Assembly (NCBI GenBank): GCA_046485285.1
Contig: JAWOHE010000068.1
Span: 1 to 27,161, forward strand
Source of the DNA: a bacterium
Lineage (GTDB): Bacteria; Hydrothermota; Tepidihabitantia; Tepidihabitantales; Tepidihabitantaceae
DNA: 27,161 bases
Direction of reading: 5' to 3'
The number at the start of each line of letters is the position of its first letter. The stretch's first letter is position 1. Below the pieces are notes generated by a model. It was not told the DNA's origin, did no database searches, and saw only the letters and a list, made by a program, of their open reading frames with translations. The position numbers were made by a program, and so were the translations under genes. Shown piece after piece: positions 1 through 9,292 of the stretch.

Positions 1-2
1 GC

Positions 3-401
3 GTCAACTACTCGGATGAGGTTTCGGTGCTGTCGTACGACGGGTCGCAGTTGCTCACAACACTGCCGGTGCAGGACGCGCCTTTCGAGCTTGCGTACTC
101 CCCGCGCAGCCGGCGGCTGTATGTCAGTCATCTCAACAGCCGGCAGGTCTACGTCATCCGTGACGAGGCGGGCGGGATAGCGGAGGAGCCGACCGGGGCC
201 GGGTGGCCGGTGCGCGTCGGGGCCTCGGTCACCGCGGGTCGTCTGCGCGTCGAGGCTGCCGGGCTGCTGCTCGACGTCAGCGGCCGGGCGGTGGCGCGGC
301 TTGAGAAGGGTGAGAATGACATCCGGCGGCTCGCGCCCGGCGTGTACTTCGTCCGCAGGCAGGACACCGGCGAATCCAGCCGGCTGGTACTGGCGAGGTA
401 A
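3..401 (+). CDS. 3' end of a secreted YncE-like beta-propeller protein with a C-terminal T9SS-type sorting domain (5'-truncated by window edge)
   Basis: Frame is open from position 3 (VNYSDEVSVLSYDG...). PFELAYSPRSRRLYVSH resembles a propeller blade; LLDVSGRAVARL...LAPGVYFVR...SSRLVLAR is a typical CTD. Confidence 0.75.
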   Translation, partial: VNYSDEVSVLSYDGSQLLTTLPVQDAPFELAYSPRSRRLYVSHLNSRQVYVIRDEAGGIAEEPTGAGWPVRVGASVTAGRLRVEAAGLLLDVSGRAVARLEKGENDIRRLAPGVYFVRRQDTGESSRLVLAR

Positions 402-468
402 GGCTTCGGAAGACGGCCCGGAGCGCGTCGAGCCGCGGCACGGAAATCCGACCCCCACCCGCACTCCC

Positions 469-684
469 GGAGTTACTCCCCCAGTAACTCCCGGAGTAAC
501 TCCCCCAGTTACCCCCGGAGTAACTCCCCCAGTAACTCCCCCAGTAACCCCCGGAGTAACCCCGGGAGTAACCCCCGGAGTAACTACCCCAGTAACCCCC
601 GGAGTAACCCCGGGAGTAACCCCCGGAGTAACCCCCGGAGTTACTCCCGGAGTAACCCCCGGAGTTACTGGGGGAGTAACTCCG
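469..684. repeat. Tandem minisatellite of 18 x 12-bp units, consensus [GG/CC]AGT[A/T]AC[T/C]CCC
   Basis: Units counted directly, from ggagttactccc (469-480) to ggagtaactccg (673-684). The core GGAGTWACTCC is self-complementary. Confidence 0.95.
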
Positions 685-756
685 GGTATGGGGGAGGGGG
701 TAAATTCAGAGGTGAATGAAGTGCTGATTTTTCAATCGACTGTGGCGATTCTCTGA

Positions 757-785
757 TTGACCAAGTCGTTAGTTTCTACTAACAT
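757..785 (+). promoter_or_regulatory. Sigma70-type promoter with an overlapping inverted repeat (possible operator), upstream of the HTH pseudogene
   Basis: TTGACC (757-762)-N17-TAACAT (780-785). GTTAGT-ttct-ACTAAC inverted repeat at 768-783. ATG at 791. Confidence 0.55.
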
Positions 786-790
786 AGGTT

Positions 791-1168
791 ATGGACAGTA
801 ATGCCAAGGTGGCTGGCTTCAGACCGGGAGAGGCGGTTGCGCTTGGTGCGGCGTTACGCGGGTTGCGGCTTCGGGCCGGGTTGAGCCTGATCGAGCTGGC
901 GTACCTGATGGGCCGGAAGCCGGGCTTCTACTCGCACCTCAGCTAGCTTGAGCACGGCCGGGTGCGACGCCCGACGCTGGGGCTGGTTGCCGATTACCTG
1001 CGGGCCTGCCCGCGCGTTGCGCGCAGGCGAGCCTGCCCGCGCGTTGCGCGCAGGCGGGCCTGACCGCGCGTCGCGCGCAGGCGGGCCTGCAGGATGTCGT
1101 TCGGGGAGCTTGCGCCGGTGCTGGACCGGTACGACGGGGGTCGGTGCGGGAGAACCGGGTCCTCGTGA
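791..1168 (+). pseudogene. XRE-family helix-turn-helix regulator pseudogene (missed by the ORF track)
   Basis: Manual translation from ATG 791: MDSNAKVAGFRPGEAVALGAALRGLRLRAGLSLIELAYLMGRKPGFYSHLS*LEHGRVRRPTLGLVADYLRAC-[81-bp insert]-RMSFGELAPVLDRY. In-frame TAG at 944-946 and TGA at 1061-1063. Confidence 0.75.
1010..1090. repeat. Three tandem 27-bp hairpin-forming units (CCGCGCGTTGCGCGCAGGCGGGCCTGC) inserted in the HTH pseudogene
   Basis: Units at 1010-1036, 1037-1063 and 1064-1090, each with one mismatch to consensus; internal dyad symmetry. Confidence 0.9.
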
Positions 1169-1470
1169 CTGCGACAGCCGGGCGCGGCGAGCGCGGGCAA
1201 TCGGTTGAGTTGGAGAGGCGCGGGCGGGTTTCGCTCCCCGCTGACTGACGATTCGGCGTTAGTCTTCCCGGCCAGCGGCATCCAGCAGGCGCGGGGAGTG
1301 TGGCGATGCGAGAAGCGAACGAAACACGAAGGCGCTGAGTTCAGGAGGGCGCGTCCCGGTCAGGGCGGGGACGGGACCAGGGCAGAAGTGCCGGAAAGGG
1401 ACTTCGACACGTGGGCACGAAGGGTGAGAAGGGAAGGGTGAGTCTAACGAAGGCGGACCAAGCCTGGAAA

Positions 1471-1508
1471 GGGATTCCTCCACTCCGCTGCGCTCCGGTC
1501 GGGATGAC
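1471..1508. repeat. REP-like interspersed palindromic element (GGGATTCCTC...CGCTCCGGTCGGGATGAC type)
   Basis: Resembles the GATTC...CGCT...GAATGAC class of extragenic repeats as I recall it. Single copy in this window. Confidence 0.45.
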
Positions 1509-1581
1509 CGCAGGCGGGCCGGGATTGCGGGATCCCGTTGGCGTCTGTGCGTCCGGTCCGGTTCGCGGCCAGGGCGGGAGT

Positions 1582-1610
1582 TTGACAGGTCCGGGCGTGC
1601 GGGATATCCT
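1582..1610 (+). promoter_or_regulatory. Sigma70-type promoter of the M15 peptidase / L,D-transpeptidase operon
   Basis: TTGACA (1582-1587)-N17-TATCCT (1605-1610). The same hexamers occur in the tRNA-Ser promoter. Confidence 0.7.
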
Positions 1611-1626
1611 CTACGCCTCTGTGCTG

Positions 1627-2532
1627 ATGGTGAAGAGCAGACTCGCCTTGATGCTGGCCGCCCTGTTGGCGGCCTCGGTCGCTTCGGCGGGCTCGCTCGA
1701 ACTCCGCATCAACGACCGGGTGACGACCTGGGACACGATCGCGGTCTTCGTGATGCCGGGAGAGACGCTGGCGCTCGAGCTGCCGCCGGATGCGTCGTCG
1801 TCGGGCTGGGCGACGGGCGGCGGGACGCTGGCCGAGTCAGGGCCGGGCCGGGCCGACTGGGTCGCGCCGGACGTGCCGGGCCTGTACCCGCTGGCCGCGG
1901 TCTGCGGGCCGACCGTCAAGCTGGTGAATGCCTTTGTCAAGGTGCCGTTCGCCGAGCTCAAGTCCGGGCGGCTCAACGGCTACCGCATCGGCCGCTACCC
2001 GAAGTCGAACCCGTTCCCGCTGTTCACGGTCCCGGACGGGTTCGTCGAGGTCAAGCCGGAGATTCTCGACGTCGCGCTGTCACCGCGCTACACCCTGCGC
2101 CAGTTCGTGCCGGGGAGGCCGGGCGGCTGGCCGGCGTACATCGCCCTGCGCGAGGAGCTGATTCTCAAGCTCGAGCTGCTGACCGACTTTGTCATCGAGA
2201 AGGGCCACAAGTGCACCCGGCTGGCGGTGATGAGCGGGTACCGGACGCCGGCCTGGCAGTACAACGAGGGCTCGGGCCGCAACAGCGCCCACATCTACGG
2301 CGGGGCGGCCGACGTCTACATTGACGAGAACGGCGACCGCCGTCTAGACGACCTGAACGGCGACGGGGTGTCGGATTCGAAGGATTCGCGTCTGCTCGCC
2401 GGCTACGCGGACGAGCTGGAGCAGCGCTACCCGGAGCTGGTCGGCGGCGTGGGCTGGTACCGCCGGAGCCGTTCCCGGACCGCGTTCGTCCACGTTGACG
2501 TGCGGGGCGAGCGGATGCGCTGGCACGAGTGA
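1627..2532 (+). CDS. Secreted peptidase M15A / D-Ala-D-Ala carboxypeptidase-family zinc metallopeptidase
   Basis: SGYRTP, S-A-H-x-YG-x-AAD and FVHVDVRG motifs, with DxNGD loops. Signal peptide MVKSRLALMLAALLAASVASA. Start moved from 1411 to 1621/1627 because of the promoter and signal peptide. Confidence 0.85.
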   Translation: MVKSRLALMLAALLAASVASAGSLELRINDRVTTWDTIAVFVMPGETLALELPPDASSSGWATGGGTLAESGPGRADWVAPDVPGLYPLAAVCGPTVKLVNAFVKVPFAELKSGRLNGYRIGRYPKSNPFPLFTVPDGFVEVKPEILDVALSPRYTLRQFVPGRPGGWPAYIALREELILKLELLTDFVIEKGHKCTRLAVMSGYRTPAWQYNEGSGRNSAHIYGGAADVYIDENGDRRLDDLNGDGVSDSKDSRLLAGYADELEQRYPELVGGVGWYRRSRSRTAFVHVDVRGERMRWHE

Positions 2533-3215
2533 GTCAGAGTCTCATCCGGTCCCTCGGGACCATCATCCTCGCCGCGCTGGCGCTCGGCTGGTCCGAGCTC
2601 TACCTGCCCCTGCGCGAGAGCGCCGGTGTAGACCTGCCCCGGCTGGCCGGCGGGCTGAGGCGGGCCCGGGTGGCGATCGAGGAGGCGCGGGCGGCGATGC
2701 CCAGGCTCGGCGTGGAGGCCGAGCGGCTGGCCGCGACGGTCGCCGAGCTTGGGCAGAAGTTCGCGACCGCCTTCACCGACGACCTCTATGTCGCCATCAA
2801 TTCCGAGACGAACCGGCTGTACCTGAGGCGCGGGCAGTCGGTCCTGCACGAGGCGGTGATTTCGACCGGGAGCCGGAAGACGCTCAGCCACGGCGCGCGC
2901 CGTTGGGTGTTCGATACCCCGCGCGGGATGATGACGGTCGTGCGCAAGAAGGCGAACCCGGTCTGGATCAAGCCGGACTGGGCGTTCCTCGAGGAGGGGA
3001 AGCCGGTGCCGCCGGTGAACTCGCCCGAGCGCCGGCAGGCCGGCGCGCTCGGCGACTACCTGCTCGACCTCGGCGGCGGCATTGGTATCCATGGCACCGA
3101 GGCGGTGGGTCAGCTCGGCGAGAGCGTGACGCACGGTTGCATCCGGGTCGGCAGGGACGACCTGAAGGTGCTTTTCGATTCGGTTTCGGTCGGGACGAGG
3201 GTGTACATTTACTGA
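2529..3215 (+). CDS. L,D-transpeptidase (YkuD family) with N-terminal membrane anchor and short coiled coil
   Basis: IGIHGT...LGESVTHGCIRV catalytic motif, FDTPRG, NPVWIKPDW. GTGA overlap with the upstream gene. Confidence 0.92.
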   Translation: MSQSLIRSLGTIILAALALGWSELYLPLRESAGVDLPRLAGGLRRARVAIEEARAAMPRLGVEAERLAATVAELGQKFATAFTDDLYVAINSETNRLYLRRGQSVLHEAVISTGSRKTLSHGARRWVFDTPRGMMTVVRKKANPVWIKPDWAFLEEGKPVPPVNSPERRQAGALGDYLLDLGGGIGIHGTEAVGQLGESVTHGCIRVGRDDLKVLFDSVSVGTRVYIY

Positions 3216-3871
3216 TGCGCGGGGAGAAGGTGCGCCGGGTTTTGGGGACGGTCGCGGTGGTGGCCGCGGCGCTGGCGCTCACCCGGCTGGCGGACGCGTT
3301 CGGCAAGCGGGAGCTGGTCCGGGTCGCACGCGAGGTCGGCGCGGAGGCGGCCGAGGTCACGACCGGGCAGCGCCGGCTCGAAGCGCGGGTCGACGAGCTC
3401 GAGCAGGACCGCCGACTGCTGGAACAGCGGCTCGCGTTCATGTCCCGGGCCGAGCACTACCTCGTCATCCGGCGCGGCGCGCGGACGGTCAAGCTTTCAC
3501 TCGGCGACAAGGAGATGCTCGAGGTCCACTTCCGCCTGCGCGGGCCGGTGGACGGCGTGAGCGAGTTCCTGTCCCTGCCCAAGGCCCAGCTTGAGGTGCT
3601 CGGCAAGCGGCTGAAGGGCGACTGGTACCGGCCGGACTGGCTGTACCGGCTCGAGGGGGTCGAGCCGCCGGCCGACTCCGCGGCGCGCCTGGTCGAGGAC
3701 GCGTTCGGTCCGGGCGAGCTGTTCCTCGGCGCGGGCATCGCGATCCACGGGCCGGTGCGCGACGAGGTCCCGCTCGAGGCGCTCGACCATACCTGGATCG
3801 AGGTGGACCCGAAGTCGCTGGCCGCGATTCTCAACGCCATCGAGCCGGGCGCCCGCGTCTTCATCGAGTAG
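3215..3871 (+). CDS. L,D-transpeptidase-like protein lacking the catalytic cysteine
   Basis: Starts at a TGATG overlap (3215). TM helix plus coiled coil. WYRPDW, GIAIHG and PGARVFIE align with the preceding paralogue, but HGC is HTW. Confidence 0.8.
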   Translation: MRGEKVRRVLGTVAVVAAALALTRLADAFGKRELVRVAREVGAEAAEVTTGQRRLEARVDELEQDRRLLEQRLAFMSRAEHYLVIRRGARTVKLSLGDKEMLEVHFRLRGPVDGVSEFLSLPKAQLEVLGKRLKGDWYRPDWLYRLEGVEPPADSAARLVEDAFGPGELFLGAGIAIHGPVRDEVPLEALDHTWIEVDPKSLAAILNAIEPGARVFIE

Positions 3872-3878
3872 CCGGGGT

Positions 3879-3907
3879 TTGACACGCCCGGCGGCCGGGC
3901 ATATCCT
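3879..3907 (+). promoter_or_regulatory. Sigma70-type promoter of tRNA-Ser
   Basis: TTGACA (3879-3884)-N17-TATCCT (3902-3907), 40 bp upstream of the tRNA. Confidence 0.75.
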
Positions 3908-3947
3908 CACCCGCCGCGCTCTTTGACAACCGCTGGCCGAGATTCAC

Positions 3948-4336
<389 letters not shown>

Positions 4337-4362
4337 ACCGAGCGGTCGGATGAGGGCGTCGG

Positions 4363-5517
4363 CTACTGCGCCGCTGAGCTGAGGAAGTCGGAGGCCTGCT
4401 TGAGAAGCGTCGGGATGGCGAGTTTCTGCGGGCACTTCGCCGCGCAGGTGCCGCAGTCGGTGCAGGCTTCGAGTTTGAGCGCGGCCTTGAGCGTCCTGAG
4501 CTGGAGCCTGAGGTCGCGGGACCGGGGGAACATCGCGAGCTCGTTCACGAAGCGGAACGCGAGCGGTATCCGCACGCCCTGCGGGCAGGGCTCACAGTAG
4601 TTGCAGCCGGTGCAGGCGATGCGGCACAGGCGGCGGTAGGCGGCCGCGATGCGGGCGATGGCCCGCCGCTGGTTCGGGCTCAGCGACCCCGGTCGGGCGC
4701 GAGCGGCGGCGGCATTCTGTTCGAGCTGCGGCCGCGAGTTCATCCCGCTGAGGACCATCGACACCTCGGGCTGATCCCAGAGCCAGCGAAGCTGCCACTC
4801 GACCGGGGCGCGCCGCGGACGCAGGGCCTGCCAAGCGCCGGCGACCGCCGGGGGCAGGTCGCCGGCAAGGTCGCCGCCACGCAGGGGCTCCATCACCACT
4901 ACGCCGACGCCTTTCCGGGCGGCGAGGCGGACGCCGGCCCGGCCGGCCTGCTCGGCGGTGTCTACGATGTTGTACTGAACCTGGGCGAAGGACCAGTCGT
5001 GGGCGGCGACGATTTCCCGGAAGAGCGGCAGGCGGTCGTGGAAAGAGAAGGCGATGTTGCGGATGCGGCCGTCACGGCGGGTGGATTCAAGGAAGTCGAG
5101 CGCGCCAAGTTCCCGCGCCGTGGACCAGGTCCGCGCGTTGAGGCCGTGGAGGAGATAGAAGTCGAGGTAGTCGGTGCCGAGCCGGCGAAGCTGGAGGCGC
5201 AGGAAGCGCTCGAAGTCGGAGGGCTTCTGCACGAGCCAGATCGGCATCTTGTCCGCTACCATCACCTGCTTGCGCGGCAGCTCGGCGAGCGTCCGGCGCA
5301 GGATAACCTCGCTCCAGCCCTGATGATAGGGGTACGCGGTGTCGAAGTAGTTGATGCCCAGGTCGAAGGCGCGATGCAGGAGGCTGACGGCAGCGGCTTC
5401 GTCAATCGCGCAGCGGCGCTTCGAGTCCCTGCGGCCGGGCAGGAGCGGCAGGCGCATGCAGCCGAGACCAAGCGCGGGAACGCGGATGCCGGAGCGGCCC
5501 AGCGGGCGGTAGTTCAC
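4363..5517 (-). CDS. Aldo/keto reductase with C-terminal 4Fe-4S dicluster domain
   Basis: LGLGCMRLP, GINYFDTAYPY, DYLDFYLLHG, MEPLRGG motifs; CTGCNYCEPCP and CTDCGTCAAKCPQ cluster motifs. Confidence 0.95.
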   Translation of the reverse strand: MNYRPLGRSGIRVPALGLGCMRLPLLPGRRDSKRRCAIDEAAAVSLLHRAFDLGINYFDTAYPYHQGWSEVILRRTLAELPRKQVMVADKMPIWLVQKPSDFERFLRLQLRRLGTDYLDFYLLHGLNARTWSTARELGALDFLESTRRDGRIRNIAFSFHDRLPLFREIVAAHDWSFAQVQYNIVDTAEQAGRAGVRLAARKGVGVVVMEPLRGGDLAGDLPPAVAGAWQALRPRRAPVEWQLRWLWDQPEVSMVLSGMNSRPQLEQNAAAARARPGSLSPNQRRAIARIAAAYRRLCRIACTGCNYCEPCPQGVRIPLAFRFVNELAMFPRSRDLRLQLRTLKAALKLEACTDCGTCAAKCPQKLAIPTLLKQASDFLSSAAQ

Positions 5518-5526
5518 TCAGCGGTG

Positions 5527-5554
5527 AGTGTAGTCGCCGGGACGGGATTGGCAA
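5527..5554 (-). promoter_or_regulatory. Probable sigma70 promoter of the aldo/keto reductase (near-leaderless)
   Basis: Minus strand TTGCCA-N16-TACACT, 9 nt before the GTG start. Confidence 0.5.
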
Positions 5555-5599
5555 CCCGGGACCGGGAACCGCCAGTCCGATGCGGCGGTCTAATCGCTT

Positions 5600-8074
5600 A
5601 TGGCTCAAGAGCATCCGACCGTCCACGTCGACCCGGTCTGCAAGATGAAGGTTATCGAGGGAAGGGAGGCGGGCACGTCGGACTACCGCGGCGCCCGGTA
5701 CTACTTCTGCAACCCGAACTGCAAGGCCCGGTTCGACAGCGAGCCGGAGCGCTTCCTCGGGAAGATGCCGGAAGAGGCGAGCCGGGACGGGCGAGTCGCG
5801 AGCGGGGAGATGGCGCACGAGCTGCCCGGACCGGTGTTGCTGGACAAGGTGGCGCTCGGCCGGACCGAGACCGCATCGCTGAGCATCGGCGGGATGTCGT
5901 GCGCGAGCTGTGCGCTTTCGATCGAGAAGGCGCTGGCCCGGCTGCCGGGCGTGCGTTCGGCGACGGTGAACTTCGCGTCCGAGAAGGCGATTGTCGAGTT
6001 CGCGCCGGGCGTGTCGCCGATGGCCGAGCTCGAGCGGGCGGTTCACGCCGCGGGCTACGACGTCCGGCCGGCGGAGCGCGAGGAGAAGGCCGGCGACAGC
6101 GAGGCCCGCACCGCGCGCCGCCGGCTCTTCTGGGCGTGGGCGCTGGTGCTGCCGGTGATGGTGTTGATGGGACTGCACATGGCCGGGGTCCATCTCCACC
6201 GGATGGTGTGGTACGAGGTGGCGCTCGGTGCGGCCGTGGTGTTCGGGCCCGGGTTCCGCACCCTGCGGATGGCGTTCGGCTCGGTGCGCTTGGGCGCGGC
6301 CTCGATGGACGTCCTGATCGCGCTCGGGACGCTGGCCGCGCTCGGCTCGGGCGCGGCGGTGCTGGCGGGCGTGCCGGTCGCGAGCTTCGCGGGGATCGCC
6401 GGGATGATAATGGCGTTCCACCTGACCGGCCGGTACATCGAGGCGCGGGCGAAGGGCCGGGCGTCGGAGGCAATCCGGCGGCTGGTCGCGCTGGGCGCGA
6501 AGACCGCGCGGGTCGAGCGCGACGGCGCGGAGCGGGAGGTGCCGGTCGGCCAGCTCCGGGTCGGTGACGTGATGGTCGTCCGGCCGGGCGAGAAGTTCCC
6601 GACCGACGGCCGGATAACCGAGGGCGAGACGTCGGTTGACGAGTCGATGGCGACCGGCGAACCGCTGCCGGTCCGCCGGCGGCCGGGCGACGAGGTCATC
6701 GGCGCGACGGTCAACCAGCAGGGGCTGGTGCGGGTGGCGGTCATCCGCGTCGGCCGCGACACGTTCCTCGCCCAGGTCATCGCGCTGGTCGAGCAGGCGC
6801 AGGGGACAAAGATACCGATCCAGCAGTTTGCCGACCGGGTCACGGCCCGGTTCGTGCCGGTCGTGCTGGTTGTGGCGGTTGCGACGTTCCTCGGCTGGCT
6901 GTTCTTCGCCGACCGGCTGAGGCCAGCGCTGGAGTGGGCGGCGGCCTTCCTGCCGTGGGTGAACCCGGCGCTGCCGGCGCTGTCGCTCGCGTTCTATGCC
7001 GGCATCGCGGTGCTGGTCATCGCCTGCCCGTGCGCGCTCGGGCTCGCGACCCCGACCGCGCTGATGGTCGGCTCGGGGATGGGCGCGGAGCGCGGCATCC
7101 TGTTCCGCTCGGGCGAGGCGATCCAGACGCTGAAGGACGTCCGGGCGATCGTCTTCGACAAGACCGGGACGATTACCCGGGGCCGGCCCGAGGTCACCGA
7201 CGTCATGCCGGCGGAGGGGGTCGGGCGCGACGAGCTCCTGGCGGCCGCGGCGTCGCTCGAGCAGGGCTCGGAGCACCCGCTGGCGCTGGCAGTCGTCGAG
7301 TCGGCCCGGGCCGCGGGCCTCGCGCTCGACCGGCCCGACGGGTTCGAGGCCGTGCCGGGAAGGGGCGCGCTCGGGACGGTTCGGGGCCGCCGGGTCGTCA
7401 TCGGCCGGGCCGCGCTTCTTGCCGACGAGGGTGTCGGCGGCGCGGCGCCCGCCGAGGAGGTCGCGCGGCTGCGTGGCCGGGCGCGGACGGTGCTGCACGT
7501 CGCGGCGGACGGCCGCTTCCTCGGCCTGCTCGGGGTTGCCGACGCGGTCAAGGACGACTCGGCCCGGGCAATTGCCGAGCTGAGGGAGCTGGGCATCGTG
7601 CCGGTGATGCTGACCGGCGACAGCGCCGAGACCGCGGCCGCGGTCGGGCGAGAGGTCGGCATCGACGAGGTCGTCGCCCGGGTCCTGCCCGCGGACAAGC
7701 AGGCGAGGGTGGTCGAGCTCCAGCGCCGCTTCGGCACGGTCGCGATGGTCGGCGACGGCATCAACGACGCGCCGGCGCTGAAGGCGGCGAACGTCGGCAT
7801 CGCCATCGGCACCGGTACCGACGTCGCCATCGAGGCGAGCGACGTCACGCTGGTGCGCGGCAGTCTCACCGGCGTTGCCGCCGCGGTCCGACTGTCGCGG
7901 GCGACGTTCGTGAAGATCCGCCAGAACCTCTTCTGGGCGTTCTTCTACAACGTCATCGCGGTCCCGCTGGCGATGTTCGGGGTGCTCCACCCGCTGATTG
8001 CCGAGGCCGCGATGGCCGCCAGTTCGATAAACGTCGTCACCAACTCGCTCCGGCTCAAGCGGAGCAGGGTCTGA
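5600..8074 (+). CDS. copA: Copper-exporting P1B-type ATPase with N-terminal YHS and HMA domains
   Basis: DPVC...YYFC..C (YHS), GMSCASC (HMA), [32 protein letters not shown], and YN / MxxSS Cu(+) signatures. Confidence 0.96.
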   Translation: MAQEHPTVHVDPVCKMKVIEGREAGTSDYRGARYYFCNPNCKARFDSEPERFLGKMPEEASRDGRVASGEMAHELPGPVLLDKVALGRTETASLSIGGMSCASCALSIEKALARLPGVRSATVNFASEKAIVEFAPGVSPMAELERAVHAAGYDVRPAEREEKAGDSEARTARRRLFWAWALVLPVMVLMGLHMAGVHLHRMVWYEVALGAAVVFGPGFRTLRMAFGSVRLGAASMDVLIALGTLAALGSGAAVLAGVPVASFAGIAGMIMAFHLTGRYIEARAKGRASEAIRRLVALGAKTARVERDGAEREVPVGQLRVGDVMVVRPGEKFPTDGRITEGETSVDESMATGEPLPVRRRPGDEVIGATVNQQGLVRVAVIRVGRDTFLAQVIALVEQAQGTKIPIQQFADRVTARFVPVVLVVAVATFLGWLFFADRLRPALEWAAAFLPWVNPALPALSLAFYAGIAVLVIACPCALGLATPTALMVGSGMGAERGILFRSGEAIQTLKDVRAIVFDKTGTITRGRPEVTDVMPAEGVGRDELLAAAASLEQGSEHPLALAVVESARAAGLALDRPDGFEAVPGRGALGTVRGRRVVIGRAALLADEGVGGAAPAEEVARLRGRARTVLHVAADGRFLGLLGVADAVKDDSARAIAELRELGIVPVMLTGDSAETAAAVGREVGIDEVVARVLPADKQARVVELQRRFGTVAMVGDGINDAPALKAANVGIAIGTGTDVAIEASDVTLVRGSLTGVAAAVRLSRATFVKIRQNLFWAFFYNVIAVPLAMFGVLHPLIAEAAMAASSINVVTNSLRLKRSRV

Positions 8075-8088
8075 CCGCGACACCCGGT

Positions 8089-8116
8089 TTGACCGGGCGC
8101 GGCCGGGTTTTATAAT
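8089..8116 (+). promoter_or_regulatory. Sigma70-type promoter of the pgs operon
   Basis: TTGACC (8089-8094)-N16-TATAAT (8111-8116). Confidence 0.7.
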
Positions 8117-8137
8117 CTGCTACATGCTGCGGTCCCG

Positions 8138-9292
8138 ATGCTCCTGATGCTGCTCCTGGTCCTGGCTTTCGCGGGTTACGGCGTCGTGGAGTACGCCATC
8201 CACCGGCGCAGGCTCGCGCGCATTGCCGTGCGCGTCCAGGTCAACGGGACGCGCGGGAAGTCATCGGTGACGAGGCTCATCGCCGCCGGCCTGCGGGCCG
8301 GCGGTCGCCGCGTCGTGGCGAAGACGACCGGCACGACGCCCCGGCTCATCCTCGGCGACGCGGAGGAACGGCCGGTGCGCCGGCTGGGCAAGCCGAACAT
8401 CGCCGAGCAGTTGCGGATGGCGCTCTGGGCCGAGCGCCACGCGGCGGACGCGATCGTCTTCGAGAACATGTCGCTCGACCCTCAGTACCAGCGGGTCGAG
8501 AGCGGGATGCTGATCCGGCCGACACACTACGTCGTGACCAACGTCCGGGCCGACCATCTCGACGTGATGGGGCCGACGACCGCGGACGTCGGCAGAACCT
8601 TCCGCCAGGCGATGCCGCGTCGGACCCGGCTTTTCACCGCCGAGCAGGCGCTCCGCCGGACGCTTGAGGGCCGGGCCGAGACGACGGTCGTGGCCGACCC
8701 GGCGGCCGTGGTCGAGGAGGAGATGGCGGGGTTCGACCACGTCGAGCACCGCGAGAACGTCGCGCTGGCGCTGGCGGTGTGTGCCGACGTCGGGGTTGAC
8801 CGGCAGGCGGCGCTGGCCGGGATGAAGCGGACCCTGCCCGACCCGGGCGCGCTCCGGGTGCACCGGCTGCGCCATGCCGGGCGCGAGCTCGAGCTGGTCA
8901 ACGCGCTCGCGGCCAACGACCCGGACTCGATCGGGATGATCTGGCAACTGGTCGCAGGGCGGCGCGAGCGGCGGCTGGTGCTGGTCAACTGCCGGAAAGA
9001 CCGCCAGGAGCGCTCGCGGCAGATGGCGGAGCTGGTGCGGGGCTTCACGGCGGACACTTTCATCGCGACCGGCGGCGACACGCGCGTCTTTCTGCACCGG
9101 GCCCGACAGCTAGGTATCCCGGCCGACTCACTCGTTGACCTCGGCGACGAGCGGCCGCCGGTTGAGGTCTTCGAGCGGGTGTTCGCGCTGGCGCGGGAGC
9201 CCGCGCTGCTTTTCTGCTGCGGGAACACGGTCGGCTACGGCGAGGAGCTCGTTGCCTGTTTCGTCGAACGCGGGGGCGCGCGTGGTCATTGA
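8138..9292 (+). CDS. pgsB: Poly-gamma-glutamate synthase PgsB/CapB (Mur-ligase-like)
   Basis: N-terminal TM helix; VNGTRGKSSVTRLIAAGL, AKTTGT, NI.EQ, TNVRADHLDVMGP, PDPGAL, N.LAANDP.S, NCRKDR..RS motifs. Confidence 0.95.
   Translation: MLLMLLLVLAFAGYGVVEYAIHRRRLARIAVRVQVNGTRGKSSVTRLIAAGLRAGGRRVVAKTTGTTPRLILGDAEERPVRRLGKPNIAEQLRMALWAERHAADAIVFENMSLDPQYQRVESGMLIRPTHYVVTNVRADHLDVMGPTTADVGRTFRQAMPRRTRLFTAEQALRRTLEGRAETTVVADPAAVVEEEMAGFDHVEHRENVALALAVCADVGVDRQAALAGMKRTLPDPGALRVHRLRHAGRELELVNALAANDPDSIGMIWQLVAGRRERRLVLVNCRKDRQERSRQMAELVRGFTADTFIATGGDTRVFLHRARQLGIPADSLVDLGDERPPVEVFERVFALAREPALLFCCGNTVGYGEELVACFVERGGARGH

Noticed and set aside
469-684. Possible CRISPR array
   Set aside because: Units are contiguous 12-mers without unique spacers, and there are no cas genes in the window.
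301-756. 151-aa ORF with (TPGV/TPPV)n repeats
   Set aside because: It overlaps the real upstream gene out of frame, has no RBS or signal peptide, and is simply the translation of the 12-bp DNA minisatellite.
944-946. In-frame TAG in the HTH gene as pyrrolysine or stop-codon recoding
   Set aside because: TAG terminates several bona fide genes here, and the same frame has a second stop (TGA 1061-1063) and an insertion, so decay is the simpler explanation.
1411-1626. N-terminal extension of the M15 peptidase in the ORF track
   Set aside because: It spans a REP-like element and a clear promoter; the signal peptide begins at 1621/1627.
5600-8074. copA as part of the PGA operon (metal chelation link)
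   Set aside because: A separate promoter lies between copA and pgsB, and adjacency alone is not evidence of a functional link.
5402-8083. 893-aa antisense ORF (likewise 15713-18643 and other long shadow ORFs)
   Set aside because: These mirror well-supported genes on the opposite strand and are expected from high-GC codon bias.
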